From: Octopus vulgaris
Lineage: Eukaryota
Direction of reading: 5' to 3'
Length of the DNA: 64,000 bases
Assembly (NCBI GenBank): GCA_951406725.2
Contig: OX597819.1
Location: 58,404,001 to 58,468,000 of the forward strand
In this document: positions 13,779 through 27,400 of the stretch, piece after piece
Position numbering within the stretch: position 1 is the first letter of the stretch
Layout of the letters: each line of letters begins with the position of its first letter
Translations under genes and position numbers: made by a program
The notes under the pieces: generated by a model
Databases searched by the model: none
Told to the model about the DNA's origin: nothing
Seen by the model: only the letters and a program-made list of their open reading frames with translations

Positions 13779-14154
13779 AGTGTGTTTGTGTATGCGTGTG
13801 TGTGTGTGTGTACAGACTTGTGCTTAAGGATGTAAATCTTTCCCATCGAAAAATCTGGGCCAATGGCTTTATCTCCTTCATCAAACGCCATCTGACGACG
13901 TTTCTGTATTTATTCGAAGGATAAAACCCGTTTCCCTACCACACACAAACACACACACAAACACACAAACAGAAACACATACGCACACACATGCAATTTC
14001 TGCCTATCCCCTCTCTCTCTCACTCTTTCTTCTCTCTTTCCCTCTTTTTCTCTCATTCTTTTATCATCAGACCTTAAGTTTCAACTGCTTTTTTTTTTAG
14101 CTCTAAGCACTGCAACATCCCCTAAAATTGTATCTATATATTTCACGCCCTTCT

Positions 14155-14205
<51 letters not shown>

Positions 14206-14468
14206 CTATCTCTCTATATAGCTATCTATATATCTATCTATCTATCTATCTACCTCTCTCTCTTTCTTACCCTGTCTGTCTCATTCTCTCTTTGTTCCTC
14301 TTTCTCCTGTCTGCTTTCATATCAGTTGAAATCAAATATATTGCACCAAACCTGCTCTCACGTTCTTCCTCTCTCTCGCTTTCTCTCTCTCTCTCTCTCT
14401 TTCTCCCTCTCTCTCTCACTTTCTCTCCTCTCTCTCTCTCTCTCTCTCTGTCCCGCTTATTGTATATA

Positions 14469-14505
<37 letters not shown>

Positions 14506-14617
14506 TGTATATATATATGTATATGTAAATATATAATGCAAGTATATATATATATATATACACATACATATACACATATATATGTATGTATGTTTGCATG
14601 TATGCATATATATGTAC

Positions 14618-14681
<64 letters not shown>

Positions 14682-15089
14682 GCGCGCACACACGCACATA
14701 CACACATACATATGTATGTATGTACACACAGAAAGAGGGGGAGAGTATGCGTAGACATGTCAGGCAGAAATGTTGCAATGGGTTATTATTTTATTATTGC
14801 AGTTGTTGTAGTTGGGCGTTGGAGGTCAAACTCAGTTAAATCGCCTGACAAAATATGTCGTAGTATTTAGTTACCTTACTTCCCCTTCTTACATTCCGAG
14901 TTCAAATTCCACCAAAGTTCAATTTGCTTTTCACTCTTCCAGCATCGGTGAAATGAAGTACCAGTCGAATTCTAGCGCTGATGTAACTGACTTTCCCATT
15001 TCGACCAAATTGTCACCTTGTGTCTATGCTAGAAACAGTTGTAGTTCTTCTTGTTTTGCCTCAAGTTGGCACATATTGTGTGGGCCTAT

Positions 15090-15485
15090 AAGGCGGCGAA
15101 CTGGCAGAAACGTTAGCACGCCGGGCGAAATGCTTAGCGGTATTTCGTCTGCAGTTACGTTCTGAGTTCAAATTTCGCCGAGGTCGACTTTGCCTTTCAT
15201 CCTTTCGGGGTCGATTAAATAAGTACTAGTTACGCACTGGGGTCGATATAATCGACTTAATCCGTTCGTCTGTCCTTGTTTGTCCTCTTTGTGTTTAGTC
15301 CCTTGTGGATAGTAAAGAAATAGGTATTTCGTCTGCCGCTACGTTCTGAGTTCAAATTCCGCCGAGGTCGAATTTGCCTTTCATCCTTTCGGGGTCGATT
15401 AAATAAGTACCAGTTACGCACCGGGTCGATCTAATCCACTCGCCGCCTCTCCCAAAATTTCGGGCCTTAAGGCCGAGTGGAAAAC
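15090..15485 (+). mobile_element. SINE family B, dimeric form
   Basis: Full head plus the same dimer junction. Monomers nearby at ~14850-15040, 15826-16030 and 16368-16585. Confidence 0.8.
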
Positions 15486-16816
15486 TGTGCGAGCCTAACC
15501 TTTGAATTAAAGCATTCTATGGATAACTATTCCATCATTTTAAGGATATTTTGGACTAAATAATTTAATGTGTAGTATCAAGTATATCATCTAACGTGTT
15601 CCCGTTTTACAAGTTTGAACAATATGATTTGAGGACAATTCGTTTGCTATTTCTAATGGATCGAATGATATCGTAGTAATTCCAGGTCGGCAGAATCGTT
15701 AAAGCAGTGGATTCTCTTCCGGCTCTTCACATTCTGCCCAATCATTTACGTTATCAAGCTCAAAACATTTCCCAAAGATGTTGAGAACACAATGTTTTCT
15801 AGTTGCAATATTTAGATACAACATAGGCAGCGAGCTGGCAGAATCGTTAGCACGCTGGGCAAAATGCTAAGCGGCATCTTATCAGTCTTTACGTTATGAG
15901 TTCAAATTCCGCTGAGGTCGACTTTGCCTTTCTTTTTCGGGATAGAAGAGGCACCAGTTGAGCACTAGGATCGACTATCCCCAACTAATCTCAACTCCTA
16001 TACATGCTGGCCTTGTGCTAATATTTGAATACAAGAATGACAATGGTAAAATTTCTGAGAGAATTTAGCTAATGTTGGGCGTCAAGAAATAAGATGTATT
16101 TTGTTTGCTTTGTTGCTTCTTTGGAAAGGGCCGAGTAAATGAATAGGGCTTAGCGATAAAGAATGGATGGTTTGTCACAGAAAAAAAGAAAGAAAGAGAC
16201 AGTTATGAGCCAGTTCCTGAGTATAAGGCAAGTCACCGACATAAAATAGATTTTGCAATTTAGAGAGGCTACAGTAAAAAATTCATTTCAACAAATGCTT
16301 GAAACATTTTCTACATAAACAAACTGCAGCGGAAGAGACTAAATGGTGACTAATATTTTACATCTAAAGGCGGCGAGGTGGCAGAACTGTTAGCACACCG
16401 TTCAAGATGCTTATCAACATTCCGTTGGTCTTTATGTTCGGAGTTCAAATTCTGCCGCGGTCTACTTTACCTTTTATCCTATCGGAGTCGATAAAATAAG
16501 TAGCAGTTGAGCACTGGTGTCGAGATAAACGTCTTACCCTCTCCCTTAAAATTTCTGACCTTGTGCCAAAATTTCAAACCAATATTTTGAACCTTTTAAC
16601 AGACACCATTTCATTATTGGACGAAAGGGAGCTAACATTCCGTGGTAGATCTTATCTGAGTGCTAATATTCATAATGGTAACCTTTGGGGCTGGTCGAAG
16701 TTTTGTCTCATTGGGATCCCGTACACGAAACACAAGCTAGGAAGGGCAGATGAAGAGAGCCAAAGGAAAAAAAAAGTTACAAGCATATCATTTGTCTGCC
16801 GTATCACAAACAGTTA

Positions 16817-17026
16817 CAGTAATCCCTCACCACATTGTGGTTTTTTTTATTTAAGCTTATGTCAGTTCCTCCGTGGTGTCGTTTTGCATTTATAATAAAA
16901 TAAATATATACAAATTATAAAAATAATTTTAAAAAATACAGTCCAGTACTGTTTCTACTTCGCGGATTTTCACTTATCGCGGGGATGGGTGGGTCTGGAA
17001 CGTAGCACCGCGATAGTCGAGTACTG
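16817..17026. mobile_element. Tigger/pogo-like MITE
   Basis: TA-CAGTAATCCCTC...GTCGAGTACTG-TA; homologous to 58974-59179. Confidence 0.6.
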
Positions 17027-17639
17027 TATTACACTTTTCTGTGCTGTAGTTCTCTTTCCTCCGCTTTCATAGAAAATAAAACACTGTTGGTGGTATTTGC
17101 TAACTCAGCGTAAAACAAATAGCACCACGAGTGATTTGGTTAAAAAGAGACAATGAACAATGGCTAGAAGAATATCGAACGAAACCTGATAACCAGTTGA
17201 TCTAGTAAGCGGGGCCTTATTTCTGTAAGGGGAGTTGGTACGCAATGATGTCATCGAAACGTATACCCTGAAACGGCGCGCATTCTCCCCTGGTGTCACC
17301 ATAAACTTGTTAACATCCCGTATGCGGAGCTTTCCACTGGTAGCACTTGCATCTGCAAGTTGTTTGCAAGAAAAAAACTGATGCAACATACTCTTTTGGC
17401 ATGCTCAAGCTATCAAACGTTGCCTCGTATGTCAACTGTTCGGTGGTCGGCCAGAATTGATAGTGCGAAATAGTTTGCATTAAACTGGTCTTACAGAATG
17501 TTTTGAAACTTGGAACAGAGGTCAGACTAAGAGTGAAATAAAAGGAGCAATTAAATACATGTTCTCTAAGCTTCACGCTGATGTCATCTATCTGGTTTAA
17601 CAGTAAAGAGAAGCCAACTTTAATACCAAACTGGGTAAC

Positions 17640-17895
17640 AGGATCATATTCGCAGACAATGTGCAGAAACGACGAGATTACTTTATGTCACTAACTACAA
17701 GCAAATGTGAGAAAGCGAAATAAATTTGTTGATAATGAAAGCAAAGTTAAGGAACCTGACACACAAGTAGAACTATTATTTCGAATATCTGTATTTTATA
17801 CAATTATCGATTCTGTCACTGGTTGTCAAACAAGATCAAAAGTTGTGAAGAAAATTTTTGAAATTTTGGTTTCTTCTGAAAACACTTTTGAATAT
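17640..17895 (+). pseudogene. Degenerate hAT-type transposase fragment
   Basis: RKRNKFVDNES...FRISVFYTIIDSV...R resembles the region preceding the hAT dimerisation domain; interrupted by a SINE. Confidence 0.45.
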
Positions 17896-17896
17896 T

Positions 17897-18046
17897 GGCG
17901 CGGGAGTGGTTGTGTGGTAAGTAGGTTGCTTACGAACCACATGGTTCCGGGTTCATTCCCACTGCGTGGCACCTTTGGCAAGCCTCGGACTGACCAAAGC
18001 CTTGTGAGTGGATTTGGTAGACGGAAACTGAAAGAAGCCCGTCGTA

Positions 18047-18121
<75 letters not shown>

Positions 18122-18346
18122 CTATGTTTGTGTGTCTGTGGTTGTCCCTCCAGCATCGCTTGACAACCGATGCTGGTGTGTTTACGTCCCCGTAACTTAG
18201 CGTTTCGGCAAAAAGAGACCAATAGAATAAGTACTAGGCTTACAAAGAATAAGCTCTGGGGTCGATTTGCTCGGCCAAAGGCGGTGCTCCAGCATGGCCA
18301 CAGTCAAATGACTGAAACAAGTAAAAGAGTAAAGAGAGTAAAAGAG
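17897..18346 (+). mobile_element. SINE family A, full length
   Basis: Complete head to tail; TATTGG on both sides is a possible TSD. Confidence 0.85.
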
Positions 18347-18786
18347 TATTGGAAAATATTTTGACTGCAAAGTGCCTGTCGTTTGTAGAAATTTACAATA
18401 CTCCTGGTGGCAAAGAACACCCTTTTGATACCAACCTTCTGAGAGTGCTTTGGTCCCATGATACAAACTTTCTATTATAAAGTGATTTGAATTTAATTCT
18501 TGTTAATTGATGTTCGGGAAACCAGCTTAAATCACTTTATAATACAAAGTTTGTATCATGGGACCAAAGCACTCTCAGACGGTTGGTATCAAAAGGGTGT
18601 TCTTTGCCACCAGGAGTATTGTAAATTTTTACAAACGACAGGCACTTTGCAGTCAAAATATTTTCCAATACTCTTTTACTCTCTTACTTGTTTCAGTCAT
18701 TTGACTGTGGCCATGCTGGAGCACTGCCTTTGGCCGAGCAAATCGACCCCAGAGCTTATTCTTTGTAAGCCTAGTACTTATTCTAT
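18222..18786. repeat. Fold-back inverted duplication (arms 18222-18488 and 18529-18786)
   Basis: The arms are reverse complements with a few substitutions and one short indel; 40-bp spacer. Confidence 0.92.
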
Positions 18787-19039
18787 CACGAGGCCTGAAC
18801 TTTGAAGGAATAGGCTAATCGATTGATTCGATTCCGGGGTTTCACTGATATTTATTGCATCGACTCAGAACGGATGAAAGGCAAAGTCGACCACAGGGGA
18901 ATTTGAACTCAGAACATAGCGACGAGCGAAATACCGGTAAACGTTTCGTAAACTTGCTAACAATTCTGCCAGCTCGCCGCCTTACACAACAGCTTAATAA
19001 TGGCAGTTATTTTCAAAATTAATTAAAACTAAGGCAATG

Positions 19040-19199
19040 AGGCCAGGAGTGGCTGTGTGGTAAGTAGCTTGCTAACCAACCACATACATGGTTCCGGGTT
19101 CAGTCCCACTGCGTGACATCTTGGACAAGTGTCTTCTGCTATAGCCCCGGGCCGACCAATGCCTTGTGAGTGGATTTGGTAGACGGAAACTGAAAGAAG

Positions 19200-19292
<93 letters not shown>

Positions 19293-19495
19293 TGTGTCTG
19301 TGTTTGTCCCCCTAGCATTGCTTGACAACCGATGCTGGTGTGTTTACGTCCCCGTCACGTAGCGGTTCGGCAAAAGAGACCGATAGAATAAGTACTGGGC
19401 TTACAATGAATAAGTCCCGGGGTCGATTTGCTCGACTAAAGGCGGTGCTCCAGCATGGCCGCAGTCAAATGACTGAAACAAGTAAAAGAAAGTAA
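19040..19495 (+). mobile_element. SINE family A, full length
   Basis: Complete head, internal (TA)n(TG)n and tail. A further diverged copy lies at ~20095-20520. Confidence 0.85.
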
Positions 19496-20023
19496 TGAGA
19501 GAGAGAGTATTTCTATAGGAATTTTGTAAAAAAAGGGGTCAATCAACGGGAAAACTTCCGTACACTGTGACAACCCCAGGCTTAACTTAAACTTAAACCG
19601 TAATTTTACTCAATGAAATATACAACTACAAACTGAAAAATCACCGCTCATTATCTTCGCGCATCACTCCCAGTTTTTCTCACGACGTCTACAATGATAG
19701 CCTAAGCAAAAATTTTCCTAGCTTAAATTCATCTTAAAAAACTATTTCAGAAATAAACATGTCACCAGATAGTCTGGAATCTTTAGCTCGACTCAGCATC
19801 GAATATTGATTTCAATCATATCATACTAACCTCTATACGCAAGAAGCCATGCTAAGCACTTTTGAAAAAGTGAAAAGCCAGCAAGTCATTTTATAAGCTT
19901 TGGTAATAAAGAAATGATTAATTAAGTTTTTGCTCTAAATAATAATTGCTCTAAATAATAATTGCTAGGAAGCGCCTAAAAATGTGTCGCCCTAAGTATA
20001 AATCTTCCTTTCGACTCTTGAGT

Positions 20024-20054
<31 letters not shown>

Positions 20055-20620
20055 ACACACGCGCGCGCGCACACACACACACACACACCATCCACACTTG
20101 CAGGGTGTGACTGGGTTAAGAAGTTTGTTTCCCAAGCACTTTCCTCCAGGTCCATAATAGAAGACACTTGTCCAAGGAGCGTTGCACCTCGGGCTGACCA
20201 AAGCCATGCGAGTGGATTTAGTTGACGGAAACTGAAAGAAGCCCATCAAATATATGTATGCACAACAGGCTCAGATATATATACTGATGAAACTTGCATC
20301 TTTATGTCAGTGTTTGGCCCCCACCACTAACACCATCGCTTGATAACCGTTGTTGGTGTGTTTACGTCCCTGTAACTTAGCAGCTCGACTAAACAGCCCC
20401 CAATCACCAGGCTTTACAAAAACAAAAACAAAAACAAATAGTACTAGGGTCGATTTGTTCAACTAAAATTCTTCAAGGTCATGCCCAACTATGGCCGCAG
20501 TCAAAAAACTGAGATAAATATTTTTAAAAAAGATATAAAAATAAGTGTGTATGCATGCGCGAATGTGTGTGTATATGTACACATCTATGTATTATGTATG
20601 TACAGATGCAGAAAATCTTG

Positions 20621-20712
<92 letters not shown>

Positions 20713-20719
20713 GTATATA

Positions 20720-20779
<60 letters not shown>

Positions 20780-21089
20780 CATACATTCATACATATGCGT
20801 GTGTCTATATTTGTGAGTGTGTACGAATTGTAAATATATAAACGTATGATTTCCTACATTTAAGTAGGGCGTGTATATGTACATGAAGCATGTTAATCTC
20901 ATTGACAAGCATGTATGCAGATTATGTGTATGTGTGTGTGTGTGTGTGTGTGTATTGTGTGTGTGTGTGTGTGTGTTTGATGGCTATACAAAATTGAGCT
21001 AAGCTAAGCAAATGCTACGCGTGTGTGAATGTGTAAATGTATATTGATATGTGCGCGTGTATAAGCGCCTGCATGCGCGCGTGCGTGCG

Positions 21090-21159
<70 letters not shown>

Positions 21160-21809
21160 AAGGTGCATCTATGCATAGCTGGTTTCCAAATGTGCATATG
21201 CAACCACGCATATTGTGCGCCGCAATGTAAATTGAAGACTATACAAATTCCTATAACATAAATAAATGAATTAACAAAAAAAACACATTAGCAGTCTTTT
21301 TTGTTGTTGTCGTTGCTGCTGCTGCGACTGCTGCTGCTGCTGCGACTGCTGCTGCTGCTGCTTGTTAAGTCTATGCCTTTATATGTTAAGATGTCGTTTG
21401 TTTTTTGCATTTTGTAATCATTGGATTTGTGTGTGTGTGTGCGTGCGTGTGTGTGTGTGTGTGTGTGTGTGATTAAGGTTGTGTTTGTCAATATACGTAT
21501 GTGTGTGAGAGGGCATGTCTATGTGGGTGTGTGCATATAAATATGCATTTGTGTATGGTATGTGTGTGTGTGTATGTGTGTGCGTAAGTGTGTGAGTGTA
21601 AATATATTTATGTATATATGTACATGTGTATGTTTGTGTAAAGATATATATATATGTATATATATATGTATGTACATGTGTGTGTGTAAATATATATATG
21701 TATGTATGCACATATGTATGTATGTACGTATGTGTGCGAGAGAGTATGTCTAAGTGGGTGTGTGTATATAAATATGCATTTGTGTGTGGTGTCTGTGTGT
21801 GTGTATGTG

Positions 21810-21841
<32 letters not shown>

Positions 21842-22168
21842 CGTGTGTGTTTGTACAGCAACACATACTCATGTGCATCGCTTAGCAGATATACATGCAA
21901 ATAGCGATAAGCATTTTTTCTAAACGTTGCATATATTTGTGTGTGTGTGTATGTGCATAGATATACACATACATATATCACACTCATATGCAAATGTGTG
22001 TGTGTGTGTGTGTATGGATATATGAGTATGTTTGGGTGTAAATAAATAGTGGGAGGCAGAGAGGGAAAAGAGGGACAGGAAGAAATCCTTCTTTTACTGA
22101 CCATGATATAGATAGGTAGGTAGGTAGGTAGGTAGGTAGGTAGGTAGGTAGGTAGGTAGGTAGGTAGT

Positions 22169-22250
<82 letters not shown>

Positions 22251-22847
22251 TGTTTCTTTATTAGCCACACAGGGCTGCACACAGATAGAACAAATTACAA
22301 GGTAGAGCTTTTCTTTTGAAGGTTTAAAAAAAAAAAAAAAAAAAAAATTAAAAATAAAAAAAAAATAAAATAAAAAATTAAAAAAAAAAAAGGGGGGTGT
22401 CGATCAAAAGGGATCGTAAAAGGAGAGAAAGAGGACAAAAAAAGGGGGGTTAAAAAAAAGGGGAGAGGAAAAATAATTGATCAATAGGGATCGTTATCAC
22501 AGAAATGTCAATATGAAGTGTAAAGGGGAGGACAGGTGAGGTTTACCCGTGGAAAGAAAAGCCTACGGAAAAGACCACGGTAACCTCGGTCAATGAAGTC
22601 ACATGTTATATTTCTTTTTTTTTTTTTTGCAAATAAGCAACTCTCTGTATTAATTTTTACGGTTCATAGAATCATAGTCAAGGTGGCTTCGTCATTCATA
22701 CGTGCCATCCTTGCTACATTCACCCATCTTTTTTTAAAACATTCACTAGACAAAACTTGCCTCTCTACTCTCACTTTTTTCTTCAAGTGATACTTGAAGA
22801 AGTTGATGAGAGATTGACCAGAGAGGAAAGTGTTTGTCTCTAATCCT
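22251..22847 (-). mobile_element. 3' end of an L1/Tx1-like LINE inserted in (GATA)n
   Basis: Minus-strand ORF end LINFFKYHLKKKVRVERQVLSSECFKKRW...MIL*, then a T-rich UTR and AATAAA. Bounded by long (GATA)n tracts on both sides. Confidence 0.6.
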
Positions 22848-22864
22848 AGATATATAGACAGGTT

Positions 22865-22947
<83 letters not shown>

Positions 22948-23085
22948 GATAGATAGATAGATAGGTGGGTAGGTAGATAGATAGATTGATTGATTGATCG
23001 ATCAATAGACAAATTGATTGATTGACTGATTGATCGACAAATAGACAGACAGAAACATATATATGTATATATATATATAGCTAAC

Positions 23086-23172
<87 letters not shown>

Positions 23173-23254
23173 ATGGATGGATGAATTGGTTGATTGATGG
23201 ATTAATTGATTGATCGATAGACGGATTGATTGATTGATTGACTGAGTTCCTGGA

Positions 23255-24305
23255 TTGACTGAGTTCCTAAAATTTAAAAACCTATTGAACAGCATAAACC
23301 CAAATATACAGTTCACAATGGAATACAACCAAAAGGAGCTCCCGTTCTTGGATATACTAATTAAAAAAAATAACCTTAAAATAGAAACAGACATTTTTTA
23401 CAAAGCCACAGACGCCAAACAATACCTTCTTTTTAATTCATGCCACCCAAGACACACCAAAACAAACATCCCCTTCAACCTTGCAAGAAGGATATGCACA
23501 ATAGTGTCAGAACAAAATACCAGGAACTTTAGACTGCAAGAACTCAAAAACACCCTAATTGACAGACATTACCCAGCTCAACTCATAGAGGATGGAATCA
23601 GACGTGCAACAGAAATCAACATAGAAACTTTAAGAAAAGTTCAACACAACAACACACCTTCCCCGAAAATACTACCTTACATATCTACATACAACCCCAG
23701 AAACAAAGAAGCCTTCACCATCATCACCCAGAATTTACCAATACTTCATAAAAACCCCAAATTAAAGGAAATTCTAAACACACACCAAATCATTAAAAGC
23801 TACAAACAGCCTAAATCACTTAAAAAGATTCTCACAAAGGCAAAATTGTCTTCTGAAATTACGGATGCAAAAGTAAAAAAATGTGGTAGATCGAACTGTG
23901 CAACATGTCCTAACCTGCTAGAAGGATCAGAATTCCTCTTTAAAGAGGGACAGAAATTCAAGATCAAATCTAACCTTTACTTGTGCCTCTGAAAACATAA
24001 TTTATGTCATAAAATGCTCGGGCTGCCACCAAGACTACGTGGGTTCCACGGGACTATCACTCAGACGTAGATGGACACTGCATCGACAACAGATTGCATT
24101 CCCAGAATATAGAATGATACCTTTTAGTGAACACATTGAGAAATGCGCAAAGCAACTACTACCACAATTTTTAATCTTTCCATTTTACCAATGTGCTTTC
24201 GGATCATCAACACAAATTAGACTAAACAAGGAAACATTCTTCATTGAAAAGTACAAGCCCAGACTCAACCATCCGAACATACTGATACAGAGAAATTCAC
24301 ATTAA
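23255..24305 (+). pseudogene. Penelope-like element ORF (RT C-terminus/thumb + GIY-YIG endonuclease), 5'-truncated, one frameshift near 23970
   Basis: LNSINPNIQFTME...LPFLDILI...TDIFYKATD...SCHP, then a C-x4-C-x2-C linker, then NIIYVIKCSGCHQDYVGST and E.FFIEKYKPRLN. Confidence 0.92.
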
Positions 24306-24436
24306 GGGAAAGGAAAAAAAATTTTAAGCGATTATCTCCCTTACACCGGAAGAAATCACCCACTACCTCCCCTTATTTAGAACTCTCCGGAACATAAACA
24401 CAACGATAACTCTATCCAACATAAACATAACGTCAC

Positions 24437-24475
24437 AAGAAATTTGATAAGCTACACGCGAAACCGGTCTTTCTT
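24437..24475 (+). ncRNA. Minimal type I hammerhead ribozyme motif (U3/A8 variant) in the Penelope 3' terminal repeat
   Basis: AAGAAA-T-TTGATAA-GC-TACAC-GC-GAAA-CCGG-TC-TTTCTT. Confidence 0.55.
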
Positions 24476-24601
24476 TTAATTATGTCATTATAAGGGGAAA
24501 AAAATTTTTTTTTTTAATTTTCTAACATTCTTCAGACATATTGACGCAAATATATATATTTTTTAACATTTAAGCCTTCTGTCGTTTTTTTCACTCTTTA
24601 C

Positions 24602-24653
<52 letters not shown>

Positions 24654-24793
24654 CGGGAAGCTTTATGAAAATAAACAAAAGACGAAGGCAGGTGGAATAC
24701 AAACAAACAATTGTATTAGTATGGCGCTCAGGAATATAAATAAAACAAGTCTTTTATGTTTCGAGCCTACGCTCTTCATATATATATATACAT

Positions 24794-24864
<71 letters not shown>

Positions 24865-24938
24865 TGAGTTGTGGGGTATCGCACGAGTGGGATTATATAA
24901 GAAAAAAGGTTTGAAAATGCAATTTAAACGATGTTTAT

Positions 24939-24983
24939 TTACTTAACCGGTTTCACTCTTTGGTAAAAGATTGTCAAAAGTAA
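24939..24983 (-). ncRNA. Hammerhead-like motif (U3/A8 variant), left palindrome arm
   Basis: Reverse complement of 26231-26275. Confidence 0.4.
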
Positions 24984-26230
24984 CATTAAAAGTATCATTG
25001 AATAATATGGGTTCAAAAAAGTTTTTTACATAATTGTCACATTGAATATTATGCATTCAAAAAAGTTTTTTACATAATTGTCACATTGGATATTATGAAT
25101 TCAAAAATGTTTTTTTATACAAAATTGTCACATTACATGTATAAATATAGTGTTTGGTAACAGAGAAGTTCAATAGTGTGATGAGAATATTTGGAAAAAT
25201 TGGCAGAAAAGGATAAAACAAATATATTATTGGAAATTTGGTTGCGTTAATTATTGGTTGTCGCAAATTGTCACATTACATGTATATATATACAGTCTTT
25301 GGTATATATATACAATATTTTGACAGCAAAAATTAAAATGGATTTTTTATACATCTCAGAATATTTTAAGTTGAAGGCGAGAATGTGTTGTTACTAACCT
25401 GTTTGTTTTAGCAGAAAGGTTGAATTGAGAGAAAAAAGGTTGTACCCAGTGTGGTGTATACTCCCCTTCAAGCATCAATGGTTTTGGGGTTATCAGGAGG
25501 TTAGTATGCCTGCTGGTCAAGCAGCGTCTGTTTGTCACACACATATATATACACACACACACACAACAACACACACACACACTATGTGTGTGTGTGTTTG
25601 TATACTATGTGTGTTTGTATACTATGTGTGTGTGTTTGTATACTATGTGTGTGTGTGTGTGTATATATATATGTGTGTGACAAACAGACGCTGCTTGACC
25701 AGCAGGCATACTAACCTCCTGATAACCCCAAAACCATTGATGCTTGAAGGGGAGTATACACCACACTGGGTACAACCTTTTTTCTCTCAATTCAACCTTT
25801 CTGCTAAAACAAACAGGTTAGTAACAACACATTCTCGCCTTCAACTTAAAATATTCTGAGATGTATAAAAAATCCATTTTAATTTTTGCTGTCAAAATAT
25901 TGTATATATATACCAAAGACTGTATATATATACATGTAATGTGACAATTTGCAACAACCAATAATTAACGCAACCAAATTTCCAATAATATATTTGTTTT
26001 ATCCTTTTCTGCCAATTTTTCCAAATATTCTCATCACACTATTGAACTTCTCTGTTACCAAACACTATATTTATACATGTAATGTGACAATTTTGTATAA
26101 AAAAACATTTTTGAATTCATAATATCCAATGTGACAATTATGTAAAAAACTTTTTTGAATGCATAATATTCAATGTGACAATTATGTAAAAATTTTTTTG
26201 AACCCATATTATTCAATGATACTTTTAATG

Positions 26231-26275
26231 TTACTTTTGACAATCTTTTACCAAAGAGTGAAACCGGTTAAGTAA
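26231..26275 (+). ncRNA. Hammerhead-like motif (U3/A8 variant), right palindrome arm
   Basis: TTACTT-TTGACAA-TCTTT-TACC-AAAGA-GT-GAAA-CCGG-TT-AAGTAA; the 2-nt insertion before GAAA is non-canonical. Confidence 0.4.
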
Positions 26276-26312
26276 ATAAACATCGTTTAAATTGCATTTT
26301 CAAACCTTTTTT

Positions 26313-26355
<43 letters not shown>

Positions 26356-26879
26356 CTAACTACATAGATAGAGTGAGAGAGAAGATAGACAGACAGACGC
26401 ATAGAATGAGATTCACTCTGGTGTCATATGTAGGAAATAAGGCACGTGAGAGAGGGGGAGAGAGATGAGAAAGAGTGAGAAGAGAGACAATGAGAGAAAG
26501 AGAGAGAGCGAGAGAAACGAAGAAAAAAATAATATAATAGACCACCCCTCAGCAAGTTGCTGTGCAGAGACGAACGAAGAGGGGATCACCAACATGGTCG
26601 CCAGACATGCTAGAAATAACAACCAAATTTCTCTTAATTTCATCCTTCTACGTAAACAAGTTGATGATACCTCAGACCCTGTTGACAACAGGATTAGATA
26701 CATAATAACAGAATTTTTTAAAATAACACAGGATGGTCATAACTGGAACGCTGCTGATCGTAATTCCACCACCGATACCACCATCAAGGCAGTCCCAAGC
26801 TGTTGGGTGTTAAATGAAGTGGTGGTCATGGTACAGTGGCGATGTTGTTATTGTTGTGTAACTCGGAGTTTGTATATTT

Positions 26880-27168
26880 TCTCTTCTACCTTTTACTTGC
26901 TTCAGTCATTAGACTGCGGCCACGCTGGAGCACTGCCTTTAAGATTTAAAAAATTTTTTGTCGTTTTTGGTACTGGAATCGAATGGATCGATTCCAGTAC
27001 TTATTTGTTTTTAAGCCGGGTACTTATTCAATCAGACCAAATTTGCCGAACCGCCAAGTTACGGGGATGCAAACACGTCAAGACCGGTTGTCAAGCGGTG
27101 GGAGGGGGGCAAACATACAGAAACACACACACACACACACACACACACTCATGCGCACATGCACGCAT

Positions 27169-27204
<36 letters not shown>

Positions 27205-27400
27205 ATGCACGCATGCACGCACACATGCACATACACACGGTAGGCTTCTTTCAGTTTCCCTCCACCAAATCCACTCACAAGGATTTGATCGGTTCGCGGC
27301 CATAGTAGAAGACACTTGCCCGACGTACCACTCAGTGGGACCAAACCCGGAACCATGTGGTTGAGAAGCAAGCTTCTTACCACACAGCTACGTCTGCGCC
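26880..27400 (-). mobile_element. SINE family A
   Basis: Reverse complement of head and tail, with internal (CA)n. Confidence 0.78.

Larger units (their letters stand above)
24894..26320. repeat. 1.4-kb palindrome with ~670-bp arms around a CA/TG microsatellite centre
   Basis: 24894-~25562 is the reverse complement of ~25647-26320 with only a few differences. Internal AATTGTCACATT subrepeats. Confidence 0.95.

Noticed and set aside
11775-14870. Many ORFs of [16 protein letters not shown] type, including the 322-aa ORF 12956-13924
   Set aside because: Translations of stop-free microsatellites and SINE sequence; the same applies throughout the window.
26465-27364. 299-aa ORF
   Set aside because: Runs through an (AG)-rich tract, an interspersed repeat and an antisense SINE A; no protein motif.
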